Assembly (NCBI GenBank): GCA_002322865.1
Contig: DCOH01000010.1
Location: forward strand, 1-57,069
From: Sphingobacterium sp. UBA1575
GTDB lineage: Bacteria > Bacteroidota > Bacteroidia > Sphingobacteriales > Sphingobacteriaceae
Reading direction: 5' to 3'
Length of the DNA stretch: 57,069 bases
A program made the position numbers and the translations under genes. The notes beneath the pieces were generated by a model. That model did no database searches. It was not told the DNA's origin and saw nothing but the letters and a program-made list of their open reading frames with translations. Numbering within the stretch: the first letter of the stretch is position 1; each line of letters starts with the position of its first letter. Of the stretch, positions 1 to 9,496 are shown piece by piece.

Positions 1-177
<177 letters not shown>

Positions 178-198
178 TATTTAACCAGATATATAATG

Positions 199-227
199 AA
201 AGCCTCGGATGTTCGGGGCTTTTTTTT
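199..227 (+). terminator. Intrinsic terminator after pruA
   Basis: AAAGCCTCGGA-TGT-TCGGGGCTTT hairpin followed by a T run. Confidence 0.8.
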
Positions 228-403
228 GTTTGAATAAGTAGGTTATAGAGGTTATATATGTTATGAAGTTATAAATGTTAGTTGCAAAAGCGTAAATGTG
301 TTTAATCGGTTTGGAAATTATATTTAATACTAAGGCACAAGTGGTTTTTATTTTTTGAATATTGTCTAAGACGTGAATTGCTTTGCAATATCTGATTCTT
401 TAT

Positions 404-436
404 AGCCTTGGCAAGGTTTTAAACCTTGACAAGGCT
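404..436. repeat. REP-like nested palindrome just 3' of hisB
   Basis: AGCCTTGGCAAGGTTTTAAACCTTGACAAGGCT; each arm (CCTTGnCAAGG) is itself palindromic. Confidence 0.65.
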
Positions 437-447
437 TACTCCTAATT

Positions 448-1587
448 TTATAACATTCCTTTGGTAGAGGGAAGTATCATTTTTTCTGGATCACGTTTTA
501 CAGCAGATTTTATAGCTTTAGCAAAAGCCTTGAAAATAGCTTCTATTTTGTGGTGCTCATTTTGTCCTTCCGCTTTAATGTTTAGGTTAGCTCTAGCTCC
601 GTCGGTGAAAGATTTGAAGAAATGATAAAACATTTCTGTAGGCATTTCTCCTATTTTTTCTCTTTTAAAATCAGCATCCCATACCAGCCAGTTTCTTCCT
701 CCAAAATCTATCGCTACCTGCGCCAGACAGTCGTCCATCGGAAGAGTAAAAGCGTATCGATCGATGCCGCGTTTGTTTCCAAGGGCAGTTAGGAAGATTT
801 CACCCAATGCAATACCGGTATCTTCAATGGTATGGTGTTCATCAATATGCAGATCGCCTTTGGCTTTGATCGTTAGATCCAAAGCACCATGACGGGCCAA
901 TTGGTCAAGCATGTGATCGAAGAAGGGTAGCCCAGTATCAATATCCGATTTACCGCTTCCATCCAGGTTCAATTTGATATAGATATCCGTTTCATTGGTT
1001 TTACGGTGATGCTCGGCTACACGGGTTCCTAATTTTAGGAATTCATAGATCGCTTTCCAATCGGAGGTCTCCAAAGCAACCACATCGTTGCTGATTTCAA
1101 CACCTTCGAATTTTCCCAGATCATCGTTGTTGCGGAGCCAGATGGCTTTTGCGCCTAAGTTCTGTGCCAATCGCACATCATTGACGCGGTCGCCAATCAC
1201 AAAGGAATTGGCCAGGTCATATTTTTGAGGATCAAAATATTCTTTCAGCATCCCTACACCCGGTTTCCGGGTATCTGCATTTTCATGCGGGAAGGTCCTA
1301 TCCACATGCTCGCGGGCAAAATTTACGCCTTCCCCGGCGAAGGTATCCATCACCAAGTGATGGACAGGCCAAAAATTCTCATCCGGATGGGAAGAAGTTC
1401 CTAAACCGTCTTGGTTGGTGACCAAGACCAGTTCAAAATCCAATTCTTTGGCGATTCTTGGTAAGTATTGCAAGGCGCCAGGATAAAATTTCAATTTGGC
1501 GAATGAGTCTACCTGCTCATCTGCCGGTTCTTGAATTAATGTGCCGTCTCTATCGATAAAAAGCACACGAATTAATTGGTCAGACAT
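448..1587 (-). CDS. hisB: Bifunctional histidinol-phosphatase / imidazoleglycerol-phosphate dehydratase
   Basis: N-terminal HAD motif FIDRDGT and TNQDG; C-terminal IGPD motifs [26 protein letters not shown]. Confidence 0.97.
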   Translation of the reverse strand: MSDQLIRVLFIDRDGTLIQEPADEQVDSFAKLKFYPGALQYLPRIAKELDFELVLVTNQDGLGTSSHPDENFWPVHHLVMDTFAGEGVNFAREHVDRTFPHENADTRKPGVGMLKEYFDPQKYDLANSFVIGDRVNDVRLAQNLGAKAIWLRNNDDLGKFEGVEISNDVVALETSDWKAIYEFLKLGTRVAEHHRKTNETDIYIKLNLDGSGKSDIDTGLPFFDHMLDQLARHGALDLTIKAKGDLHIDEHHTIEDTGIALGEIFLTALGNKRGIDRYAFTLPMDDCLAQVAIDFGGRNWLVWDADFKREKIGEMPTEMFYHFFKSFTDGARANLNIKAEGQNEHHKIEAIFKAFAKAIKSAVKRDPEKMILPSTKGML

Positions 1588-1593
1588 GGGATA

Positions 1594-2646
1594 TTATTTA
1601 TAAAACTCTTGAATTTCGTTTATTAAACGTTCATTTTCCAACTTTGTCCCCACGGTAATACGCAGGCAACCATCGCATAATGCCACTTTTGAGCGGTCGC
1701 GAACAATGATCCCCTTGTCCACCAGAAAATCATACAGGGATCTAGGATCCTGAAGTTTGACCAAAATAAAGTTGGCATCCGATGGGGTGATTTTCTCTAC
1801 TTGTTGCAAACCATCCAATTGGGCAACCAATGTTTCCCTCTCTTTGATGGTTTCCCGAATCCATTCGTTCACCACCTCATAATTATTCAAGGCTTCCAAT
1901 ACCAGATCTTGGGTGGCCTGATTGATGTTATAGGGTGGTTTTATTTTATTGAATACTTCAATGATTTCTTTACTCGCAAATGCTAAGCCCAAGCGTAATG
2001 CAGCCAATCCCCAAGCTTTGGATAGGGTTTGTAGCACAACCAGGTTCGGGAATTCCGGCAAGGAATAGGTGAAGGATTTCTGTTTGGAATAGTTGATATA
2101 TGCTTCATCCACTACGACAATACCTTTGAAATTGACCAAAAGCGTTTCAATATCCAATGGATTGATGCTATTACCGGTTGGGTTATTGGGCGAGCATATA
2201 AAAATAAGTTTGGTATGGGTGTCTAATGCCTCTGCGATACCATCTAGATCCAATTGATAATCTGCCGTCAAGTTTACTTTACGGACCTCCACATCATTGA
2301 TGTTGGCAGACACCTCATACATTCCGTAAGTAGGTGGAACCAGGATCACATTATCGATTTTTGGCGTACAGAAAGCACGATAAAGGATATCGATCGCTTC
2401 GTCTGAACCATTACCTAAGAACATGTTCTCGGCAGGCACACCTTTTATGCTGGATAATTTATGTTTTACTTGATGTTGGAGGGGGTCAGGGTATCGGTTA
2501 TAGTCATGAGGAAGTGGGGAGCCAAAAGCGTTTTCATTGGCATCCAAAAAAACAGATGCTTCCCCTTTGAATTCATCCCTTGCGGATGAATATGGCACGA
2601 GATTTCTAATGTTCTCTCGTAATAAGGCGTTTAAGTTGAAGGACAT
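1594..2646 (-). CDS. hisC: Histidinol-phosphate aminotransferase
   Basis: LDANEN, NRYPDP, GNGSDE, SPNNPTG, DEAY, TLSKAWGLAALRLG; adjacent to hisB. Confidence 0.96.
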   Translation of the reverse strand: MSFNLNALLRENIRNLVPYSSARDEFKGEASVFLDANENAFGSPLPHDYNRYPDPLQHQVKHKLSSIKGVPAENMFLGNGSDEAIDILYRAFCTPKIDNVILVPPTYGMYEVSANINDVEVRKVNLTADYQLDLDGIAEALDTHTKLIFICSPNNPTGNSINPLDIETLLVNFKGIVVVDEAYINYSKQKSFTYSLPEFPNLVVLQTLSKAWGLAALRLGLAFASKEIIEVFNKIKPPYNINQATQDLVLEALNNYEVVNEWIRETIKERETLVAQLDGLQQVEKITPSDANFILVKLQDPRSLYDFLVDKGIIVRDRSKVALCDGCLRITVGTKLENERLINEIQEFYK

Positions 2647-2701
2647 TATTTTAGACTATTTTTTTCGAGCTGTAAATATGGGCAAAAATTCACAAAAAAG
2701 G

Positions 2702-3616
2702 CTAAACTAAATACCATTTCCCCTCAATTGATAGCTCGGTATTAGGGAAAACAGTCTGAGCTTCCTCCAACAAAGGTCCGAGGGTTTTATACCTTGCGGA
2801 ATAATGGCCCAAGAGTAATTTTTTCACCTGGCTTTCCTTAGCGATTTCAGCAGCTTCCAAACAGGTGGTATGGAAAGTTTCTTTGGCTCTGTCCCGCATT
2901 TCATCCAAAAAAGTGGACTCATGGTATAAAAGATCTGCTCCTTGGATGGATGGTAAATAGATCGGATGCCTTACGGTATCCGAACAATAGGCATACGACC
3001 TGGATGCAGGTCCAGGGATTGTCAATGCTGCCGCTTGATGCACATTGCCCTGAGGATCCACGTAATCTATCCCTTTTTTCAAAAGCGAATAATAGGGTTT
3101 TGGAATATTTAGAGGTTCCACCTTATCGGCTAAAATACTGGCAGAACGCTTTCCTTCATCAAATCGAAATCCAGTACATGGGATACGATGAATCAAAGGA
3201 AAAGATTTTACGGTCATCATCCTGGATGAAAAAATAACCTCTTCCCTTTCTGGATTGGTCGGATGGAAAATGATGTTGTACCGGATGACTGTTTCGGAAT
3301 ACTTGAAATGTAATTCCAGAATCTCCTGCAAAGGTGCTGGGCCATAGATATGGAGATCTGCCCTTCTACCTACCAAGTGCATGGAGGACACCAAGCCTAC
3401 AAGACCTAAATAGTGGTCTCCATGCAGATGAGAGATAAAAATATGATCGATGCGATTGCTTTTGATACCATAGCGTGAAAGTTGCATCTGCGTACCTTCG
3501 CCACAATCGATCAAGAATAATTGTTCGTTATAATTGATGACCTGAGAAGTAGGGTGGCGTTCAAAAATGGGTGTCGCTGAGCTATTACCCAATACCAATA
3601 CTTCAAATCGAATCAT
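2702..3616 (-). CDS. rnz: Ribonuclease Z
   Basis: DCGEGTQ, SHLHGDH metallo-beta-lactamase motif, YCSDT, HESTF, GHYSARY. Confidence 0.95.
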   Translation of the reverse strand: MIRFEVLVLGNSSATPIFERHPTSQVINYNEQLFLIDCGEGTQMQLSRYGIKSNRIDHIFISHLHGDHYLGLVGLVSSMHLVGRRADLHIYGPAPLQEILELHFKYSETVIRYNIIFHPTNPEREEVIFSSRMMTVKSFPLIHRIPCTGFRFDEGKRSASILADKVEPLNIPKPYYSLLKKGIDYVDPQGNVHQAAALTIPGPASRSYAYCSDTVRHPIYLPSIQGADLLYHESTFLDEMRDRAKETFHTTCLEAAEIAKESQVKKLLLGHYSARYKTLGPLLEEAQTVFPNTELSIEGKWYLV

Positions 3617-3617
3617 C

Positions 3618-3995
3618 TTATGCCTGCCCTTCTTTTAAATCCAAACGGATTTCATTTCCGAAGATCAGGTCTTTTGCTTTTTCTACGTCTTTGGTAATGA
3701 TCAGGTAACTATCCAGTCCTAAGGAGCTGATATATTTTTTCACCCCTTCGTTCAGGTTGGTGATAATAAACAACCCGCCTAAGGATTTACATAACCTACG
3801 TGCTAATAAACCGGTACGGATACCTGTTTCATCGGTTTCTAACACTTTATTCATATCCAAGACGATGTTTCGCTGTCCGCCGGTATTGCGGAGCATAAAT
3901 TCGCCCTTTAAACTTGCGGCAGCATCTCCATCTAATTTTTCTTGGAGGGGTTCAATCACCACAAATCGATCGTATTTATCTACCGTAAATTTCAT
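3618..3995 (-). CDS. STAS-domain (anti-sigma antagonist-like) protein
   Basis: 125 aa, SpoIIAA-like pattern (KLD..., IVLDM...DETG); lies between purC and rnz. Confidence 0.75.
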   Translation of the reverse strand: MKFTVDKYDRFVVIEPLQEKLDGDAAASLKGEFMLRNTGGQRNIVLDMNKVLETDETGIRTGLLARRLCKSLGGLFIITNLNEGVKKYISSLGLDSYLIITKDVEKAKDLIFGNEIRLDLKEGQA

Positions 3996-4021
3996 AAATG
4001 TTAGTTTTAAGGATTAATGTA

Positions 4022-4966
4022 TTATAGTTTCGCTAATTCTTCGCTCACATTGCGTTCAACACGGTTCAGCACATCTCCATCTTCTGGATATTCGAACTTA
4101 TCGCCCGTGATGTGTTCGAAAAGCTCAATATAGCGTTCAGAAATTGAATTTACAATAGCATCGGTCATTTCAGGCACTTCTTGACCATCTTTCCCTTGAA
4201 AACCATTTTCAATTAACCATTGTCTGACAAATTCCTTGGACAGTTGCTTCTGCGGTTCGCCATTTTGCTGACGTTCCTCATAACCATCCGCGTAGAAGTA
4301 GCGCGAAGAATCTGGTGTATGGATCTCATCGATCAGGTAGATGATGCCATCGCGTTTTCCAAACTCGTATTTGGTATCCACTAGGATCAATCCTCTTTCT
4401 GCTGCGATTTCAGTTCCTCTTTGGAAAAGCGCTTTTGCATATTTTTCCAATTGGGTATAATCTTCTTCAGAGACAATCCCTTGGCTGATGATTTCTGCTC
4501 GGGAGATATCCATATCATGACCGACCGCCGCCTTGGTGGTTGGAGTAATGATCGGTTCCGGAAGCTTATCATTTTCTTTCAGCCCTTCAGGAAGGATCTC
4601 GCCGCAAAGCTCACGTCCGCCATCACGGTAAGTACGCCATAAATGACCGGATACATAGCCACGAATAACCATTTCTACTTTAAAAGGTTCACAGCTTTTC
4701 CCGATCGTTACGTTCGGATCTGGAACAGATACCACCCAATTCGGTAGAATATCGGCAGTAGCCTTCAAGAACTTGGAAGCGATCTGGTTCAGCACTTGAC
4801 CTTTATAAGGGATTGCACGAGGTAAAACGACATCAAATGCAGAAATACGATCGGAAGCCACCATCACCAAGTAATCGTTTGCAATGGTATAGACATCCCT
4901 AACTTTACCCCTATAAAATGCCGTCTGGTTTTTGAAATTGAAATTTGTTTCTTTTATTGTACTCAT
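4022..4966 (-). CDS. purC: SAICAR synthetase
   Basis: [42 protein letters not shown]. Confidence 0.96.
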   Translation of the reverse strand: MSTIKETNFNFKNQTAFYRGKVRDVYTIANDYLVMVASDRISAFDVVLPRAIPYKGQVLNQIASKFLKATADILPNWVVSVPDPNVTIGKSCEPFKVEMVIRGYVSGHLWRTYRDGGRELCGEILPEGLKENDKLPEPIITPTTKAAVGHDMDISRAEIISQGIVSEEDYTQLEKYAKALFQRGTEIAAERGLILVDTKYEFGKRDGIIYLIDEIHTPDSSRYFYADGYEERQQNGEPQKQLSKEFVRQWLIENGFQGKDGQEVPEMTDAIVNSISERYIELFEHITGDKFEYPEDGDVLNRVERNVSEELAKL

Positions 4967-4997
4967 ATATGTTGCGTTTCCACGCGTTTAATTGCTA

Positions 4998-6002
4998 TTA
5001 AATATCGCCATAGGCTTCTAGGATACGTTTCACCAATTTATGGCGAACAACGTCTGCCCCACTTAGGTAAATCATATCAATCCCTTCGATTCCCTCTAAT
5101 ATCTTGACGGCATTCACCAGACCAGATTGGGTCTTTTTTGGAAGATCCACTTGGGTCATGTCGCCAGTTACGATGAATTTTGCGGTTGGTCCCATACGTG
5201 TAAGGAACATCTTCAACTGCATATCGGTCGCGTTTTGGGCCTCATCCAGGATGACAAAACAATTATCCAAAGTTCTACCCCGCATGAACGCTAGAGGCGC
5301 CACCTCAATGGTCCTGTTCTCTAGGTATCCTTTTAGTTTTTCTGCCGGAATCATATCGTCCAAGGCATCGTATAGCGGTCTTAGATATGGATCCACTTTC
5401 TCTTTAAGATCACCAGGTAAAAAACCAAGGTTTTCGCCCGCTTCTACGGCAGGCCGCGTCAGGATAATGCGTTTGATTTCCTTGTTTCTTAAGGCACGTA
5501 CCGCTAATGCAACTGCTGTATAGGTCTTTCCTGTACCAGCAGGGCCTATCGCAAACAGGATGTCATTCTTGTTGATGCTATCGACCATTCGACGTTGATT
5601 TGCCGTTCTTGCGCGAACCACGATTCCATTAGGGCCATAAACAATAGGCTCTCCTTTCATCGCAGCAGCTTTTGCATCCGCCTCATCCTTTGGTGTGGCA
5701 GCAGGTGCTTTTAGGTCGGTAACCGAACTTAAAAGTCCCTCGAGCTCAAGTAACGATAGTGTCTGAAACTGGTTGACATGGCCAAGAATTTGGTCAAATA
5801 CTTGCTGAAAGCGGTTCCTTTCTCCTTCTTCACCCAACACCTTTAGTTGACTTCCTCTGGCTACCAAGCGCAACTTGGGAAAAGCGCGTTTGATAAACTC
5901 ATAATTCTCATTCTGAGCACCCCATAGGGTTATCAGATTGACTGTGTCCAAATTGATTTCTAATTCACTCAAATTTTGATCGATTAATTTTTCTTGATTC
6001 AA
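4998..6002 (-). CDS. phoH: PhoH-family ATPase (YbeZ-like), TTG start
   Basis: GPAGTGKT, RPAVEAGE, GFLPGD, APLAFMRGRT, DEAQN. Confidence 0.93.
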   Translation of the reverse strand: MNQEKLIDQNLSELEINLDTVNLITLWGAQNENYEFIKRAFPKLRLVARGSQLKVLGEEGERNRFQQVFDQILGHVNQFQTLSLLELEGLLSSVTDLKAPAATPKDEADAKAAAMKGEPIVYGPNGIVVRARTANQRRMVDSINKNDILFAIGPAGTGKTYTAVALAVRALRNKEIKRIILTRPAVEAGENLGFLPGDLKEKVDPYLRPLYDALDDMIPAEKLKGYLENRTIEVAPLAFMRGRTLDNCFVILDEAQNATDMQLKMFLTRMGPTAKFIVTGDMTQVDLPKKTQSGLVNAVKILEGIEGIDMIYLSGADVVRHKLVKRILEAYGDI

Positions 6003-6084
6003 AAATACAATTTACTTTTTCTATTTTTGTAGTTCGCTTATCAAAAACAACAGTTAAATTTTTTGCTACGGGCATTTGGATAGT

Positions 6085-6870
6085 ATGGGAGTAATAACGT
6101 TAACCACAGACTTAGGTCATCGCGATTTTTATCAGGCCGCATTAAAGGGCAGTATTATTTCGCAATTGCCGAATGTACGTCTGGTAGACATATCCCATGA
6201 TATCCCTTCTTTCAGCATTCAGCATGCCGCTTTTGTCATCAATAATGCCTACCCTTATTTCCCAGCGAAGACCGTACATCTGATCGGTATTGACACTGTT
6301 TTTCAGGAGGACTCTCGCTATTTGGCCATGTCTTACCAGGGGCAATATTTTGTTGGAGCGGATAATGGGATCTTTAGTATCATTCTTGGGGAAGATCGTC
6401 CTACGGAAATGATCGAGATCAATATCATGCAGGATCTGAGGTATCTGCATTTTCCCTTAGCGGATATCTTGACCAAAGCCGCCTGCCATATTGCCAACGG
6501 AGGCAAATTTTCTGACATTGGTTTCCCAATAGAAAACCCTGTACAAAAGGTTTTATTTCAACCTGTTTATAATCAGAACAGCATCAAAGGTCATGTAACA
6601 TTTATTGATTCTTTCGGAAATGTCATCAGTAATATCAGCAAGGAATTGTTCAATAAGATCCAGAATGGAAGGGATTTCGTTTTGCGGTTTAAGAGAAATG
6701 AGACGATTTCAAAATTGAGCTGGCATTACAATGAGGTATCTGAAGGGGAGAAACTTTGTCTATTTGGGATCAGTAATTTCTTGGAAATAGCTATTAATAA
6801 AGGTAATGCCAGTCAATTGTTGGGTTTATATCAGGATGAAACCATTTTGGTCGAGTTTTTTGACCATTAG
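6085..6870 (+). CDS. SAM hydroxide adenosyltransferase / SAM-dependent chlorinase-fluorinase family (DUF62)
   Basis: ITLTTDLG, DISH, GADNG, IDSFGN, LEIAINKG; ATG at 6085 preferred over upstream TTG. Confidence 0.85.
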   Translation: MGVITLTTDLGHRDFYQAALKGSIISQLPNVRLVDISHDIPSFSIQHAAFVINNAYPYFPAKTVHLIGIDTVFQEDSRYLAMSYQGQYFVGADNGIFSIILGEDRPTEMIEINIMQDLRYLHFPLADILTKAACHIANGGKFSDIGFPIENPVQKVLFQPVYNQNSIKGHVTFIDSFGNVISNISKELFNKIQNGRDFVLRFKRNETISKLSWHYNEVSEGEKLCLFGISNFLEIAINKGNASQLLGLYQDETILVEFFDH

Positions 6871-7499
6871 AATCCCATCCCGACTTTGATAACGGCTCTA
6901 TTCATATTATAAGTGACCCGCTCGTGCAAATAATTGTCTATTTTATTATTCATAAATTCATCATAAACATGTCTTAACCTTGATCTTTCAAGTTTTATTT
7001 GTTGGAATTGATAGCCTATGCTCAGTGAAATGAAGGTTCTTTCTGCACCTACTTTCCATCTCCAACCCACATGTGGATGAAACCTCAAACCTCCTTCAAA
7101 AGACCTATCCTTTTCGGTTACTGTGTTGTTCCAGACTTTATCTGCTGTGGAGTTTATCCCTGCGAAGCCATAACCCGCATCCAATCCTGAATAGAATTCG
7201 ATTCGTTTATGGGGATTTAAGATAAATCGACCAGCAACATTGACCGGCAATACCCAGAACTTTTCATCTTCATCGGCTGTGTATTTCTCCAGCCCAGTTG
7301 ATAAGCCTATTTCCCAAGAGTCGGTCAATTTCAGTCCATGCATGGTCAAAAAACTATAACTGTTCTGAATAGGAATAAATCCATAGTTCATCAAACCAAT
7401 TTCCGTTTGATTTACATAGGTTTTTTTACCCATTTGGGCATGTAAGGAAAATCCATTCCCTACCAAAATTAATGCGAGGATAACTATAAATTTCTTCAT
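6867..7499 (-). CDS. Small outer-membrane beta-barrel protein, unknown function
   Basis: Signal peptide (LHA/Q), alternating aromatic/Gly strands, C-terminal Phe (KVGMGF). Confidence 0.65.
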   Translation of the reverse strand: MKKFIVILALILVGNGFSLHAQMGKKTYVNQTEIGLMNYGFIPIQNSYSFLTMHGLKLTDSWEIGLSTGLEKYTADEDEKFWVLPVNVAGRFILNPHKRIEFYSGLDAGYGFAGINSTADKVWNNTVTEKDRSFEGGLRFHPHVGWRWKVGAERTFISLSIGYQFQQIKLERSRLRHVYDEFMNNKIDNYLHERVTYNMNRAVIKVGMGF

Positions 7500-7500
7500 C

Positions 7501-8757
7501 TTACAAGCCTGGAGTTATATTGATACATCCTAATTCCTTAATATTTGATTTGTCTTGATAATCATATTGACAAATCTTTTCAGGACCAATAACAATCATG
7601 GATTTAGGACCTGGAATTACATCATAACTTTTCATGTTTGGTAAATTTTGCACTTCTTTTAAAGAAAGCTGCTGCCCCTCTTCAAATGCGAAACTCCTAA
7701 AGCCATTCATTCCTTCCGTGAGGTAAACCATATTTCCAGATAAGCCTAAACCATAAGGAGACTTTAGTGCTTGGGTAAGTTTCAGTTTAGGATTGCTCAA
7801 GTCTGAAATATCGATGACTTGTAATTCATTACTTCCTCCTCCGCATTCAATCCCACTCCTCAGAGTGACAAACGCATATTTGTCGTTTACAACCACAGGA
7901 TCGCAGGCACGGAAGTGGGCAAATGTGGAAGTCTTTGTCGGTGAGGCAGGGTTTTCCAGATTGATGACGTGCATTCCTTGGGTAGTACCAATGAACAGAT
8001 TATCTTTATAAGGGAAGATTGTTTCCAATAGACCTGGTAACTTCATTGTATTCACATAGGTTGCTGTATTCTTATTGCTGATATCAAACCAATTTAAGTC
8101 GGAAATATCTACGGTGTATAAATGGTTTTTGGATATGGTAAAGCGCGCAAGTGACCCACCTTGTCCAGTGCCACCGGAATTCCCATCGTAATTGATATTT
8201 GTATCATATTTTACAAAAGGCGTGTGTTCCCTAGTGTGTTTATAGTTGATCAAGGAATCTTTCCAGCCTACCACTACCTTTGTACCATTCATAGGCTTCC
8301 AACCCCAAACTGTATTCACCGTTTTAAAGACATCCACTACCCTTTTCATCAATGTAGGTTGTGCGATGTTTTTAAGATCGAAAAGTAATAAATCGGCATA
8401 ATTATCCGTATATAAGACATCATCTTTTATGGCGAAATCAGAAGTACCTTCAACCGCCAGGAAAGTAATTTTTTCCGGTTTTGCTGGATTTGTATTGTTG
8501 TAAAAGTGAATTCCTTTAAGAGGTTCATTGATCAACAAATAATCTTTATAGATATAGATTTTTCCGGTAGACTGAAGTGCTACCCCATCCTTGGTTCCGA
8601 CAAATTCCTTTCGAATTTCGGCCATAGTTTTGAATACAGCCACTTTGGCCATCACCTCTTGCTCATTGGTAATTCTATCGCAAGATACAGATAGGAATAA
8701 TAATCCCGTAAGAAGGCCTATTAGACCTCTTGACCTGAAATAGTTGGTTCTTTTCAT
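7501..8757 (-). CDS. LVIVD-repeat lipoprotein
   Basis: Lipobox LSVSC; repeats such as LQVIDISDLSNP and MHVINLENPASP; GQGGSLARF, ACDPVVV. Confidence 0.8.
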   Translation of the reverse strand: MKRTNYFRSRGLIGLLTGLLFLSVSCDRITNEQEVMAKVAVFKTMAEIRKEFVGTKDGVALQSTGKIYIYKDYLLINEPLKGIHFYNNTNPAKPEKITFLAVEGTSDFAIKDDVLYTDNYADLLLFDLKNIAQPTLMKRVVDVFKTVNTVWGWKPMNGTKVVVGWKDSLINYKHTREHTPFVKYDTNINYDGNSGGTGQGGSLARFTISKNHLYTVDISDLNWFDISNKNTATYVNTMKLPGLLETIFPYKDNLFIGTTQGMHVINLENPASPTKTSTFAHFRACDPVVVNDKYAFVTLRSGIECGGGSNELQVIDISDLSNPKLKLTQALKSPYGLGLSGNMVYLTEGMNGFRSFAFEEGQQLSLKEVQNLPNMKSYDVIPGPKSMIVIGPEKICQYDYQDKSNIKELGCINITPGL

Positions 8758-8877
8758 CCTGATTAATAATTAGTTGTCATGTTTTTCAATTCTTACGTTA
8801 AAAAATTATATTTTGCTACAGTGTTTATTAAAAAAAGTAAGTTTTTCATGTGGAACATTCTTAAACAGAAAAGAAAA

Positions 8878-9441
8878 ATGAATTATAAATATTTTAGATT
8901 TTTATTTGCCTGTTTCATGCTCATATCAGGAACGATTATACTGAAGGCCCAAGACAGTACGGCAATGAAATCAGATTCCATCACCTTTGAATCCCAACGT
9001 GCTCGAGTAAATAGGTTATTGAATGAAAGAAGTGTAAAATTTGGTGATTACGACAGTTCGCTGACTAAAAAGACGGGTGTCTTTGGCCTGTTTAAAACCA
9101 AAGGTGATATGCAGAAATCCATCGATATCCTTCGGAACATCGTGATCAATGATAACCATATCTTTATCGAGACGCGCAAGTTATTGGATCTAAAAGATGC
9201 CCAAAGCGAAAGGTATCAGAAACTGGCAGCGGAATACGATCAACAGATTTCTGCCTACATGAAAACCATCAATAAACTGCAGCAAGAGAATGATAAGCTC
9301 CGTGGGGATATCAGCAATCTGGAGAACAGCGACCAAGGAAATGACAATAAATTGTTCATCGCCATACTTATCATTTTGGGATTGGTAATTTCGGTTATTT
9401 ATCTTTATTTAAAGCAGAAGTCTAAAAAATTGACTGTATAG
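8878..9441 (+). CDS. Hypothetical exported coiled-coil protein with C-terminal TM anchor
   Basis: Signal peptide after MNYKYF, heptad-like stretch, C-terminal hydrophobic helix plus basic tail; start uncertain (ORF opens at 8779). Confidence 0.7.
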   Translation: MNYKYFRFLFACFMLISGTIILKAQDSTAMKSDSITFESQRARVNRLLNERSVKFGDYDSSLTKKTGVFGLFKTKGDMQKSIDILRNIVINDNHIFIETRKLLDLKDAQSERYQKLAAEYDQQISAYMKTINKLQQENDKLRGDISNLENSDQGNDNKLFIAILIILGLVISVIYLYLKQKSKKLTV

Positions 9442-9496
9442 TGATACGAAGAGCTATATATATGAGTACTTTTGCTCGATTTGATAATTTTAATTC

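Noticed and set aside
1230..1320. HisB phosphatase lacking the Cys zinc motif, read as degeneration
   Set aside because: DxD and RKP motifs are intact, and Cys-less versions are, to my knowledge, normal in Bacteroidota
6085..6870. True halogenase or natural-product cluster
   Set aside because: DUF62 proteins are usually SAM hydrolases, and the context is housekeeping
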